Source of the DNA: Candidatus Bathyarchaeota archaeon
GTDB lineage: Archaea; Thermoproteota; Bathyarchaeia; Bathyarchaeales; Bathycorpusculaceae
DNA length: 64,000 bases
Reading direction: 5' to 3'
Assembly: GCA_963806535.1 (NCBI GenBank)
Contig: CAWDYC010000004.1
Location: forward strand, 128,001 to 192,000
The stretch's first letter is position 1. Each line of letters starts with the position of its first letter. Of the stretch, positions 1-9,863 are shown piece by piece. Under the pieces are notes generated by a model. It saw only the letters and a list, made by a program, of their open reading frames with translations, ran no database searches and was not told the origin of the DNA. The position numbers and the translations under genes were made by a program.

Positions 1-813
1 ACCAGTAAACAACTACAAGGAAACACTTCGCCACTACAAATTATAAGTGAAACTGGAAATCTATTCAAAGAAGTTAAAACGTAGCCTACATCTATCGCAA
101 TGAGCGTAGCTATGCTTATTTTCAATAAATTGGAAGAAATTGCTGGTTTGCCTCTGGTTAAAGTCTCTGCGGCTGCGATGTCGTAGGTTTTGGGTATTTG
201 TTTTCGGAAAAAGAGGTAAATCAACAGGAGGCTGCTTAGGAGAACTACGACGGCGACGGGACCCATAAAAATCAAGTGGTCGATGAAGCTGTACTTGAAA
301 AAGTCGGCGCTCAAGATGTTGATTGGGTTGCTTGTAATTAATGGCATTGCTGCTGTATCAGCGATTAAGCCCGCAGTAAAAAGATAGGCAAGTCTACTTT
401 TTCCACCGATGCCAAGGCAAGTGACAACCTCCAATACGATCGGCGTTAAAATTAAGACGGCGCTGTCATTTGCAAAAAGAATACTTACCGCTGCAGTTAA
501 CAAAGCAATGTAAAAGTAAAGACGCAAGCCGCTGCCGCCAGCCAACTTCACCACACGCAACGCAGCCCACTTGAAGAAGCCCATAGCATCCAAAGTAACC
601 GACAACGCAACGATACCGAGAAACGCCAGCGCTGCATCCCAAATATTCAAAAAAGATTGTGCCGCCTGCCCCAAACTAACAGTGCCAAGCAGAAGGGAAG
701 CAGCCGCTCCGATACCAGCCGCATAACCCAACCGCAGACCAAATGGCCGTTTGATCATCAAGAAAAGCGTGACTGCAAAAATAGCACACTGCAGCAACTG
801 TGATGTAATCCAA
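1..813 (-). CDS. arsB: ArsB/NhaD-family arsenical pump membrane protein (runs off window start)
   Basis: Manual translation gives AIFAVTLFLMIKRPFGLRLGYAAGIGA...IWDAALAFLGIVALSVTLDAMGFFKWAAL...LFANDSAVLILTPIV, matching ArsB motifs; not in the ORF track because truncated and frameshifted near the start. Confidence 0.85.
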
Positions 814-1060
814 GACTTAGCCTCGCGTTGTTTTAGCAAAGCGTGTCTTTCAGGTATAAAAAATTAGCTTATCCAATAAACCGTAATTTGACGTTTAATC
901 AAATTGTAATTTGATAAAAAGGTATTGTGTGTCATAAATCTAAGGGTGAAGAAGTTGAAATACCTCTGCCGCGACTAAGATATCCCTAAATTTTCTAATA
1001 TACGCCATGTACTTGAAAGTAACCTTTTGAAGAGTTCTCGGATGGTGTTTAAGCTTGTCT

Positions 1061-1312
1061 CTAAAATTGCCGTTCAATTATGGTTTTTATTATAGCCTGT
1101 GTTATGATTTCCTCTTCTAATGGCTTTCCAGTTAATTTTTTGTGCTCAATTATATGTGCATTTATGGCTTTTTTCATTGCAGGCAAATCTGGAACGATCA
1201 TGATGCAGGCTCCACATGAACATTTGTAAATAGGTATTTTGTTAGTTTCTTCAGTGTGAATTTGAGAACTTTTTATTTGTGCTTTATTCTCATTTATTTT
1301 TAATTTTATCAC
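1061..1312 (-). CDS. small hypothetical protein with CxC...H..H putative Zn site
   Basis: ORF track; CSCG...HIIEH. Confidence 0.6.
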   Translation of the reverse strand: MIKLKINENKAQIKSSQIHTEETNKIPIYKCSCGACIMIVPDLPAMKKAINAHIIEHKKLTGKPLEEEIITQAIIKTIIERQF

Positions 1313-1582
1313 CCTAACGTTTCGGTCGGGAGTATTCTGTATTCAGATTACATTCAACAACTAAGATAACGTTTTTTACAAAGTCAAATTCGCTTGATTA
1401 GCATAGACGCCTTCGCAAGCTTGTAAAGTGCAGCTAACAAATCTTGTTATCCTTACTTCCTAAACAAACTTATATGCAATTTATTGTTTGAGTATCAAAC
1501 AGTTAAGGGGTCACTTCCACAGTAAGGCGTCCCTCTCCCTTAGAAAAGGGGATTTTTGGCCCTTAACCTCAAAAGTTATTTT

Positions 1583-1807
1583 TTAAATCGCACTTTTTGA
1601 TTTTAGGCTTTTTCGATTGAAGCCTTTTAAACCAACTAAAATCATGAGACTGCCAATAATTACAAAAGATATTTCCAATGAGTTTAGAATGGCGCTTTCT
1701 TCATAGATCTTCATAAAGCCTATTATGAAGAAGAATAATCCCAAAAAGTCTAGATTTACACCGATAAGTGTGAGGTACAAACGAGTTTTCATGCTTATTT
1801 TGCTCAT
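1583..1807 (-). CDS. small two-TM membrane protein
   Basis: ORF track; two hydrophobic segments and a basic tail. Confidence 0.55.
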   Translation of the reverse strand: MSKISMKTRLYLTLIGVNLDFLGLFFFIIGFMKIYEESAILNSLEISFVIIGSLMILVGLKGFNRKSLKSKSAI

Positions 1808-2011
1808 TAATCACTCTTCCGTATTTTCCGGATTTAAGAATTGTCATCAATTATGAGCTAGGTAATTCTTTTAGTCTTTACTTAACATTTTTTCGACTTT
1901 GCTTCCAAATGGTTTTAAGCCATCAGCACAAGCTGTCTTTCTAAATGTTAATTTGGTAATCAGAGTGGCTTTCAATAAACGTTAAGAAAATGTGCATTTG
2001 CCGCTGGATTA

Positions 2012-2248
2012 CTATTTTCCTGTGACTTTCCTTGTCGCGATTTCAATGTCTTTTGTTTGGATAGTTTTTCTTCCCGCGTAAATTGCATAATCCAATGCTT
2101 CTTTTGCAATCTTTGTGCCGATCTCATCGAGAACTTTTGCAAGCTCCTGAGCTGCTGTTTCACTTACTCTGTCTGCTCCAGCTTTCTTGCATAATCGATG
2201 CATTGGAGCCATCGCTATTTCTATTTCTTTCATCTTGTCTTTCTCCAC
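2012..2248 (-). CDS. archaeal histone (HMf-type)
   Basis: APMHRLCKKAGADRVS...A.YAGRKTIQTKDI histone-fold signature. Confidence 0.93.
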   Translation of the reverse strand: MEKDKMKEIEIAMAPMHRLCKKAGADRVSETAAQELAKVLDEIGTKIAKEALDYAIYAGRKTIQTKDIEIATRKVTGK

Positions 2249-2360
2249 AGTCTCTTTACCTTTTTAAGGTAATATTAAGCTTTGTTATCTTTATTCTCTT
2301 TGAATTGGGCAAATTATAAATACAAACAACGACATAATTCATATCCCGAGGTTTATTAGA

Positions 2361-2417
2361 GTGGCCAAGAAACCAGCTAAGAAAGAAGTTAAAAAAGCCC
2401 CAGCAAAGAAAAAGTAA
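2361..2417 (+). CDS. 18-aa Lys/Ala/Pro-rich micro-peptide MAKKPAKKEVKKAPAKKK
   Basis: GTG start with GAGGT upstream, TTATAAATA at ~2314-2322, T-rich terminator-like tract after the TAA. Confidence 0.65.
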   Translation: MAKKPAKKEVKKAPAKKK

Positions 2418-2514
2418 AATCTCGGCATAAGCACATTTACTCTCTTTTTTCTTTTTTTAAGAAATCGTTAATGTAATCGCCGATCAAAATGGTAGAAAAC
2501 AAAGGTTAGTTTTC

Positions 2515-2853
2515 TTACTGTTTGTCAGTAAGGTCCTTAAGCTGTTTTTTGTTTAATCCAACTCCTGGTTCTGCGTCCAGACGTTTGTGCACTTTTCCTT
2601 TTTTGAACATTATCACTGTTGGGTAGTATTCTATGGCGTATTCTTCGCAGACATCGGGCTCCTCGTCTACAATGACGCTTAGGCACTCTTTCGGATTACT
2701 CTTTGAATATTCCTCAAAAATTGGCAGGAACCGCTGTGAAAACGGGCACCAAGTTGCATAGAAGAGAACATATGCTTTGTCTTTGTCCTCTATTTTTTCG
2801 TGGAAAGTGTTTTTCTTTTGGTTTATATTTTTTTGTTTCTTTGCCGCGCTCAT
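2515..2853 (-). CDS. thioredoxin-family protein (WCPFS, CxxS)
   Basis: FYATWCPFS...YPT cis-Pro motif. Confidence 0.85.
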   Translation of the reverse strand: MSAAKKQKNINQKKNTFHEKIEDKDKAYVLFYATWCPFSQRFLPIFEEYSKSNPKECLSVIVDEEPDVCEEYAIEYYPTVIMFKKGKVHKRLDAEPGVGLNKKQLKDLTDKQ

Positions 2854-2866
2854 GAGTTATAACACC

Positions 2867-3729
2867 TCAATATCCTGTTTGAGGATCAAGAGAGCTTCTT
2901 GTTTTTATAAAAGTACCGTCTTCCAGCTCTTCAAAGGCGTTGTCTAGTTCTTCTTCAGTATTCATTACGATGGGTCCTCTCCAAGCCACAGGCTCATTCA
3001 AAGGTTCACCTGACACATAAAGAAAGCGACTGCCGTTTTTTGAACTTATTTTGACAGAATCTCCTTCGCCAAAGACTACGCATTGCCCCTCCGTTATGGT
3101 TTTACTCTGAACCTCAACAGAGCCCTTAACGATATAGGCAAACACTGTATCGTTCTTGGTTGTTTTGTGTTCAAATGTTTTTCCTGTGGCTAACTCTACA
3201 TCAAAATACTCTATGTCAATTGCTAAGTCACGAACAGGTCCCTGAATTCCATCTACATTTCCCGCTATGACTTTAATCTTTATGCCATCTTTTTTGGACT
3301 GTTGGGATTTGTTCTTTTACTATTCCTCGGTATTTGGGATTAACCATCTTTTTCTTTGCGGGCAAGTTTACCCATAGTTGGAAGCCCTGCATCAAGCCGT
3401 CATATTTTTGTGGCATTTCCTGATGAATTATGCCTGAACCCGCAGTCATCCATTGTACGTCTCCAGATTTTATTACGCCCTTGTTGCCCATGCTATCGCC
3501 ATGTTCAACCTCGCCTGTCCACATGTAAGTGACCGTTTCCATTCCTCTGTGGGGATGCCAAGGAAAACCTTTGATGTAGTCTTCAGGGTTGTCTGATCCA
3601 AAGTGGTCTAAAAGCAAGAAAGGGTCAAGCGTAGAGTCTTCATCGTTACCCAAAACTCTTTTCAGCTTAACTCCTGCGCCTTCAAGAGTAAGCGTGACGC
3701 TTCAAAATCCTTTGAATTTGTCTCTCCAA
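2867..3729 (-). CDS. pirin family protein (frameshifted)
   Basis: DPFLLLDHF, GFPWHPHRGMETVTY, WMTAGSGIIHQE, GPIVMNT across two ORF fragments. Confidence 0.92.
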
Positions 3730-3850
3730 AAAATCGCCTAAAGATACTAAATTGAATCATCCTATATTTGTTATTCGATGTGGAAAAGAATTGGGAATTG
3801 GGGTGATTACTCTGTATTCCCTTCTTCATTTGACTGTTATTAACTATTGA

Positions 3851-4295
3851 TTATGATAGTCCAAGCTGTTTCATGAATCCGACAACATCGTAGAATAGTC
3901 TTTCTTCGACGATTTCGCCGTTTTTCCAGGTGGCAACTGTGCAGAATTCAAGCTTTGCTGTTTTTCCAGTGGGCGGGATCATCTTTCCGTCTGCACCTTT
4001 CATGGGTCCTTTCATGGTTACCGTCCAATCGGCGACGGTGCATGTGTGGTCTCCATCACCAAACGCTATCTTGTAGGGGTTGTTGACTAATCGATTGTCA
4101 AAGGTTTTGAAGAACTCTGTAGCTTCGACGTCATGGTTGTGTCGTCCTACTGTGGGTAAGGGTTGAGCTGGCCAATACACTTTGACGTCTTCTCTGTGAC
4201 GTTTCTTAAACGTCTCCCAAAGTGGACTTTCTGGGACCTGCATTCCATGCATCATCAAGTGTCTTCATTAACTCAAGGTTTTCTTTAACTCCCAT
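3851..4295 (-). CDS. SnoaL-like / ester cyclase family protein (frameshift near N-terminus)
   Basis: TMKGP...IPPTGK...EFCTVATWKNGEIVEERLFYD...QLG; GAGGTGA RBS before ATG 4295. Confidence 0.8.
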
Positions 4296-4504
4296 ATCGT
4301 TCACCTCACTCTTTTAGGAGATATTTTGTGCTAATAAACTTATGATGCACACAAGAAAACCTAAGTCAAGAAAACTAAACTAACAGAGAGGCGCATAGTC
4401 CAGAAACCTTGACGAAAAGCTTTTTATCCCCAAAAAAATGACGGACTCTTTAGGCGAAGCATGTTTTGCACTTTCGATTAAACTCCTTGAAGGACGGTAA
4501 ACTA

Positions 4505-5881
4505 ATGTCTAAGAAAAACCTCTTAGTTTTATTAACAATTAGTTCCCTTTTTTTCACGTTAATCCAACCAAGCATGTCTCAAGTTCAATCATCTACATTC
4601 CAAGGCTGGCAAGTTGAAAACAACGGGGGTTTCTATGCTGAATCAAACGACACTCTAAGATTATGGGCAAACGGCGGAAACGATTGTCCCTCCATATCGC
4701 TTTACAAACCTATCAAACCCACAACTGATTTCACCTTCTCTTTACAAGTCAACGCCGAGACACCAGAAAGCTGCGGAATATGCTTCAGAAAAAGCCTACC
4801 AATTGCTGGAAGTATGCTGGGATTTAACTTTGAATTCGGACACTATAGTCAGGATCTTTTTCTATTGGCTAGGAACTCCAATAGCTCGACAACTAGCCCA
4901 GACGTTTACTCGAGAGATTCAAGCAACTGGACAGCTAGCCAAGTTGCTTATGGAGACCCACACGTTTGGTATACACTGCAAGTAAGCGTTTCTGCATCTC
5001 CTTTTACAATCTCAACCTCCGTCTTCGATGAAAATGGCACTTCAGAAGGGTCATTTTCAACATCCGAAATAACCGATTTTACATTTGCAGATATCAATTA
5101 CGTAGGCCTGTGTGTGTGGGGATATTCGCCTTCAGACTATTCATTTAGAAACATCCAAAACCCCTTTGATAACCCCGCAAACATTTCAATCTCAACAGAG
5201 TGCGATTCAACAACCGCTGGTTCAGCAGTTAATGTTTTTGGCACCTTAACCGATTCAAACAGTACACCCTTGCAAAATAAAATAGTTGTTTTGTCATACA
5301 CTTTTTCTGGAGCTGGTTCGTGGATTCCGATTAGTTCAGGACTCACAGACGAACAAGGCAACTATAATATTCAATGGATAAACAGCGCCTCAGGAACATT
5401 TACACTTAAAACAGAATGGATCGGAGACTCGACATACACGGACGCAAGTAATACCACCACATTGAGTTTTTTGCCCTACCAAAATAAACAAGTTTTCTTT
5501 ATTGAAACAAACAGCACAGTTTACGATTTAGCCTTCAACAACGAAACATCTACTTTGAGTTTCAATGTAACGGGGCCGTCAGGAACTGCAGGTTACGTGA
5601 AAGCAACAATATCCAAAAGCTTACTTACAAACAGTGAAAACCTGAAAGCTTACATTGACGGAAATCAACTTAATTATTCAGCAACATCAACAGTTGATTC
5701 CTGGGTTTTAACATTTAATTATCACCACAGTACCCACCAAATAACCCTCAGATTGGGAACTAATGCGTCCTCAAAAGAACCGTTGGGGAATGAACTAGTT
5801 TTAGTTGTTATCGTAGCCTTATTTGGCATAGTGTTGGCTGTTGAAACAAAATATTGCTTGGTCAAAAAGGCAAAATCCTAA
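4505..5881 (+). CDS. secreted, C-terminally anchored surface protein (beta-sandwich/Ig-like domains)
   Basis: Signal peptide, S/T-rich beta-type body, C-terminal TM plus basic tail. Confidence 0.75.
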   Translation: MSKKNLLVLLTISSLFFTLIQPSMSQVQSSTFQGWQVENNGGFYAESNDTLRLWANGGNDCPSISLYKPIKPTTDFTFSLQVNAETPESCGICFRKSLPIAGSMLGFNFEFGHYSQDLFLLARNSNSSTTSPDVYSRDSSNWTASQVAYGDPHVWYTLQVSVSASPFTISTSVFDENGTSEGSFSTSEITDFTFADINYVGLCVWGYSPSDYSFRNIQNPFDNPANISISTECDSTTAGSAVNVFGTLTDSNSTPLQNKIVVLSYTFSGAGSWIPISSGLTDEQGNYNIQWINSASGTFTLKTEWIGDSTYTDASNTTTLSFLPYQNKQVFFIETNSTVYDLAFNNETSTLSFNVTGPSGTAGYVKATISKSLLTNSENLKAYIDGNQLNYSATSTVDSWVLTFNYHHSTHQITLRLGTNASSKEPLGNELVLVVIVALFGIVLAVETKYCLVKKAKS

Positions 5882-5998
5882 AGTATTAAGTTCTATTTTT
5901 TATTAAAAAAATAATTTATTAATCATGCTGGAGATGGACTTAACTCTTCCATCTACAGAGAGAGCTATTAAAATTAAAATAAAAAAAAGAGAAAAAAT

Positions 5999-7066
5999 TT
6001 ACTCTTGTTTCTTGGCTTTTCCAGGACGCAGTGAACGTACGGTTGTGCCTGCACGCCACATTTCGCTATTAGCCATTTCTTTGAGTTCATCAGCGAGTTT
6101 CTGGCGGTAGTCTGGTGCTTGGCTCTTTTCGAGTACGATGCGTGTTTCTTCTCCTGCAGCCACGAGTTCGTAGAGTGAATCAAACACTGGTTGAGTGGCT
6201 TCGCGGAAGCGGGGTCTCCATCTGAGTGCGCCGATGCGTGCGGTTTCGCTGCAGTTGCAGTACATCCAATCCATGCCGTTTTCGTCTACTAAACGTATGA
6301 GGCTTTGGGTAAGTTCTTCGACTGTTTCATTGAAGGCTTCGCTTGGGCTGTGTCCATGTGAACGTAGTGTGTTGTATTGTGCTTCCATGATGCCGGCGAG
6401 TGCGCCCATTAGGACCCCTCGTTCGCCTGTTAGATCACTGTAGACTTCTTTTTCAAAGGTTGTTGGGAACAAATATCCTGCGCCGATTGCGATTCCCATG
6501 GCTTTGGCACGGTCCATTGCCTTTCCTGTTGCGTCTTGACCAACTGCGAAGCTGCAGTTTATGCCAGTTCCATCAACAAAGTTTCTGCGCACGGAAGTGC
6601 CTGAGCCTTTAGGTGCAACAAGAATTACGTCTACGTCTTTTGGTGGGATAACGCCTGTTTGTTCTTTGTAAACGATGCTAAAGCCGTGGCTGAAGTAGAT
6701 TGCGTCGCCTTTCTTGAGGGTTGCTTTGATTTTTGGCCAAACCATTTTTTGTCCTGCATCGGTTAAGAGGAACATTTTGATTGTGCCTTTTTTGGCTGCT
6801 TCTTCCATTGGGAAGAGGTTTTCGCCAGGTTTCCAGCCGTCGGCGATTGCTTTGTCCCATTCTTTTTTGAATACGCCTTCTTTTTCTTGTCCTATTATTA
6901 CTTTTACTCCGTTGTCTCTCATGTTTAGTGATTGGGCTTGGCCTTGGATGCCGTAGCCAAGTGAGACGACGACTTCGTCTTTGAGGATTTTTTGGGCTTG
7001 TGCCACTGTGAATTCTTTTCTTGTGATGACGTCTTCTTTTACGCCACCGAAATCCATCTTTACCAT
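5999..7066 (-). CDS. ilvC: ketol-acid reductoisomerase
   Basis: GYGIQG, SHGF, VAPKGSG, DLTGERGVLMG motifs. Confidence 0.96.
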   Translation of the reverse strand: MVKMDFGGVKEDVITRKEFTVAQAQKILKDEVVVSLGYGIQGQAQSLNMRDNGVKVIIGQEKEGVFKKEWDKAIADGWKPGENLFPMEEAAKKGTIKMFLLTDAGQKMVWPKIKATLKKGDAIYFSHGFSIVYKEQTGVIPPKDVDVILVAPKGSGTSVRRNFVDGTGINCSFAVGQDATGKAMDRAKAMGIAIGAGYLFPTTFEKEVYSDLTGERGVLMGALAGIMEAQYNTLRSHGHSPSEAFNETVEELTQSLIRLVDENGMDWMYCNCSETARIGALRWRPRFREATQPVFDSLYELVAAGEETRIVLEKSQAPDYRQKLADELKEMANSEMWRAGTTVRSLRPGKAKKQE

Positions 7067-7207
7067 TTTATTTTACCTTCAAGCCAGAGACTTTAGAAGA
7101 CGAGGTAATTAAGAATTACGCAGATGGGAAACCAAGATAATTGCCAAAGTTGTTTCGGTTAATTTTTGAACAAGTAGTTTAGTAGTTTACTTTTACTAGA
7201 ATCGAGT

Positions 7208-7807
7208 TTATTTCTTAGTTTTATTGTTTGGGTCTATTTTCAATCCTTTTGCAATTTTTTCAGAGATAAAATAACTTGTTGGAATAACGTAAAGTGGTAC
7301 TGTGATATTAAACAGAACAATACTTGGCATAATTGCACGAACTATTGAATATGCCACTGAAATGCTTAAACCTGACACAATTGACACCAAAAACCCGTAT
7401 ACTGTGTAATCTAAGGGTATCATGATAAGTGTTCGCGTCAAAATACATAGAACTGTGGCAAGAAGCGCGGATTGTAATGATCCATCATTTTTTCCTTTAA
7501 CATTTCGCCAAGCCACTATTTTTTGAGTAATATATAATCCTGAAAGCATTGCAAGAACAGAGACGAAGTAGTATGGTGGACCAACAAAACTTCCCGGACC
7601 GAATTCAATAGTCATAGACGCAAACATACTCAAGAATGCTGCTGATACACCATATATCGGACCAAAAAGTAGAAATGCGGTAACTATTGCAATATCACCA
7701 AATTGATAGCTGAAAGCAGGGAGGAAAGGCACAGGAATTCTAACTAGGTTTAGAACGGTTGTAAGGGCCGTAAAAGCGATTATTATTCCTATTGCCTTAG
7801 TGTTCAT
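7208..7807 (-). CDS. ECF transporter S-component-like membrane protein
   Basis: ~200 aa, multi-TM, FTALTTVL...IPVPF.P...Y.FGDI.IV...LLFGP..G pattern. Confidence 0.7.
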   Translation of the reverse strand: MNTKAIGIIIAFTALTTVLNLVRIPVPFLPAFSYQFGDIAIVTAFLLFGPIYGVSAAFLSMFASMTIEFGPGSFVGPPYYFVSVLAMLSGLYITQKIVAWRNVKGKNDGSLQSALLATVLCILTRTLIMIPLDYTVYGFLVSIVSGLSISVAYSIVRAIMPSIVLFNITVPLYVIPTSYFISEKIAKGLKIDPNNKTKK

Positions 7808-7877
7808 TAAAACATAAGGTTCAAAGTAGACTATTTAAAATAATGGAGAAATAGTCCAGAAATTGATTTATAATTAA

Positions 7878-8363
7878 CTATTTGGGTGTTGCCAGTTCCT
7901 TAGCTCTCTCACTAAGAATTTTGCCAAAGTTTTGTCCTATCGGAAAATTGACATCGGCACTGCAAGCGATTTGTATATTTTGAACCTCCGGGATTTTTCT
8001 TGCTTCCTTGAGTAAAACTTGGATGCTTTCTAGATCAGTAATGGGCGCAATTGCGAGGATATCATAAGGTCCAATAGTTTCTGTTACCACGATGATATTC
8101 CTTACTTTCTTGAGGAGTGAAATTATTTCGGATTTATTGCCGTTTGGAGAAGTTTTTATCAATAGAAATGCTTTACCCTGATACCCAATTTTGGAAAGGT
8201 CAATTGAAACAATATGGCTAAAGACTACTCCTTCTTTTTTCATTTTCTCATAGCGTCTTCGGACTGTAAACGGTGAAGCCCTTATTTTTTTTGCTATTTT
8301 CACAAATGAGAGTGTTGAATCTAGCAGCAATTCGCTTAATATTTGATAATCTGTCTTATCCAT
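7878..8363 (-). CDS. Lrp/AsnC transcriptional regulator
   Basis: MDKTDYQIL..L..D...SF..IAK HTH; GPYD in RAM domain. Confidence 0.9.
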   Translation of the reverse strand: MDKTDYQILSELLLDSTLSFVKIAKKIRASPFTVRRRYEKMKKEGVVFSHIVSIDLSKIGYQGKAFLLIKTSPNGNKSEIISLLKKVRNIIVVTETIGPYDILAIAPITDLESIQVLLKEARKIPEVQNIQIACSADVNFPIGQNFGKILSERAKELATPK

Positions 8364-8366
8364 ACT

Positions 8367-8852
8367 TCATCGCTTTTTATTTGGATTAAGATCAATATTT
8401 TCAAAATTCATTTGGGGCATACCAGCCCAGACGTTGACAACTATCTTTTCTATTCCAAACCTTTTTCTAACAGCATTTATTTTTTGATTCAAATTATTAA
8501 TGTCTTCCGCATATATAACTGCGCAAAAATCGTATTCGCCTACGCAAGTTGAAGGTTCAATCAAATGAGTATGTTCTTTAAAGAATTCAATAAGCTCTTC
8601 TGGATTTGAATCTGTTTCCATACCAATTGTTGCGACTATGTGAAATCCCAGATTGTCTAGTGAAGGAAAAAGTGTTGCTCCTGTAATGACACCAAGGTCT
8701 TCTAAATGTTTAATTCGATTTAGCACAGCAACTGAAGATATATTACACGTTTTAGCGATATTTTTTAAGCTGGTGCGTGCGTCTTGGATAAGTGAGAATA
8801 GAATTTTTCTGTCCGTTTCATCAATTTCGACAGTCGTTTCTTTTTGCCTCAG
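8367..8852 (-). CDS. Lrp/AsnC transcriptional regulator (probable CTG start)
   Basis: Frame extends upstream of track ORF: LRQKETTVEIDETDRKILFSLIQDARTSLKNIAK; GEYD motif. Confidence 0.88.
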   Translation of the reverse strand: MRQKETTVEIDETDRKILFSLIQDARTSLKNIAKTCNISSVAVLNRIKHLEDLGVITGATLFPSLDNLGFHIVATIGMETDSNPEELIEFFKEHTHLIEPSTCVGEYDFCAVIYAEDINNLNQKINAVRKRFGIEKIVVNVWAGMPQMNFENIDLNPNKKR

Positions 8853-9037
8853 TCAATTAATGATTTACAATAACATAAACGCTTCTAAACGAGAAACTGT
8901 TTCTGCAAAAAGTTTTCAATTTTGCTATTAAATTAGCTGAAATAATGTTATTAGTTAATTATAATTGCTGAGAAATGGCTAGTTACTAAACATTTATATC
9001 AATTCAGGTTTTTGCTGTTGAGATATTGGAAAAAGGT

Positions 9038-9146
9038 GGAGAGGCTGAGAGGGCTCTGGTGATCATGGGTCAATTTGGTTTTGCTCATGAAAGATTTGCA
9101 TTTTCTTATCTTCCTTAGGTTTGTCCAGAGCCTCAGCAAACTTTCT
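9038..9146 (+). ncRNA. BHB-motif structured RNA, copy 1
   Basis: GGAGAG/CTTTCT outer stem, GCTG/CAGC helix, AGA and AAA bulges, GGGCTCTGG/CCAGAGCCT inner stem; TTTATAT at ~8993. Confidence 0.72.
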
Positions 9147-9392
9147 AAAAGGATAAAGCCAAGGCCAATAAATTTTTGTTAATAGCGCGTGTGACTGTTA
9201 CGTGTTTAAGATTTTGAATTAATCTTCAATGATATGCATAATTATCTAATAAATGCATTTTAATTAAGCAATAAGTGTATTAACATTAATAATGATTCTT
9301 AGAGAAAGGTTGAATGCAAAGATTTTATAACTTACTGGCTTATACTTCTTGACTAAGGCAAGTGAGCTTAGCACTTGTCAGAGAGAGATGTG

Positions 9393-9502
9393 AGGGGCTG
9401 AGCAGGCTTTGGTTAAAATCATTAAATCGCGGATGTTTCGGGAAATTCGGCTCTCTTATCCCTAAGTTCTTCCTTCAATTGTCCAAAGCCTCAGCAAACC
9501 CT
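9393..9502 (+). ncRNA. BHB-motif structured RNA, copy 2
   Basis: AGGG/CCCT, GCTG/CAGC, AGC and AAA bulges, AGGCTTTGG/CCAAAGCCT; TTTTATAA at 9323-9330. Confidence 0.72.
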
Positions 9503-9863
9503 GAACAATAAGAGACTTTCAAAAAATTTTATCAGAGACATTTAGAATGTGAAATCTGGTGAAATTCTAGTATAAATCGGAAAATTGTTTATTTTCACTA
9601 AAGGAACATAAGACTTTTAAGTGAAAGTAGTGCTTGCAGTTTCCTCTTATTATTTCTTCCTTAGGCTGCACGCTTTACTTCCCCATATTAATTCAATTTC
9701 AATTTTGTGATTTTCACTCCGGAAACTTTTATTTTTGTCCCTATAAGACTGATATCCCTAATTCTTGCAAGGTTTTATTACCAAGTTAGTTACAATTAGA
9801 TTTTTTGTTGGACGAGATCATCAAACTTCTTGCCCGATATAAACCTAAGGAAGAAAAAGAAAA

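Noticed and set aside
9063-9101. Minus-strand micro-ORFs inside the BHB loops (MQIFHEQNQIDP; MQNLQL in copy 3)
   Set aside because: Lengths and sequences are not conserved, copy 2 has none, and G-U pairs, BHB polarity and TATA boxes favour the plus strand; not fully excluded
9038-9502. BHB elements as intron-containing, split or permuted tRNAs
   Set aside because: Flanks show no D-arm, T-arm (GTTCRA) or acceptor stem, and the spliced loop would have C rather than U at position 33
9038-9502. BHB elements as a CRISPR array or simple terminators
   Set aside because: Repeated parts are inverted arms around a long loop rather than regularly spaced direct repeats; no cas genes; no upstream gene on that strand to terminate
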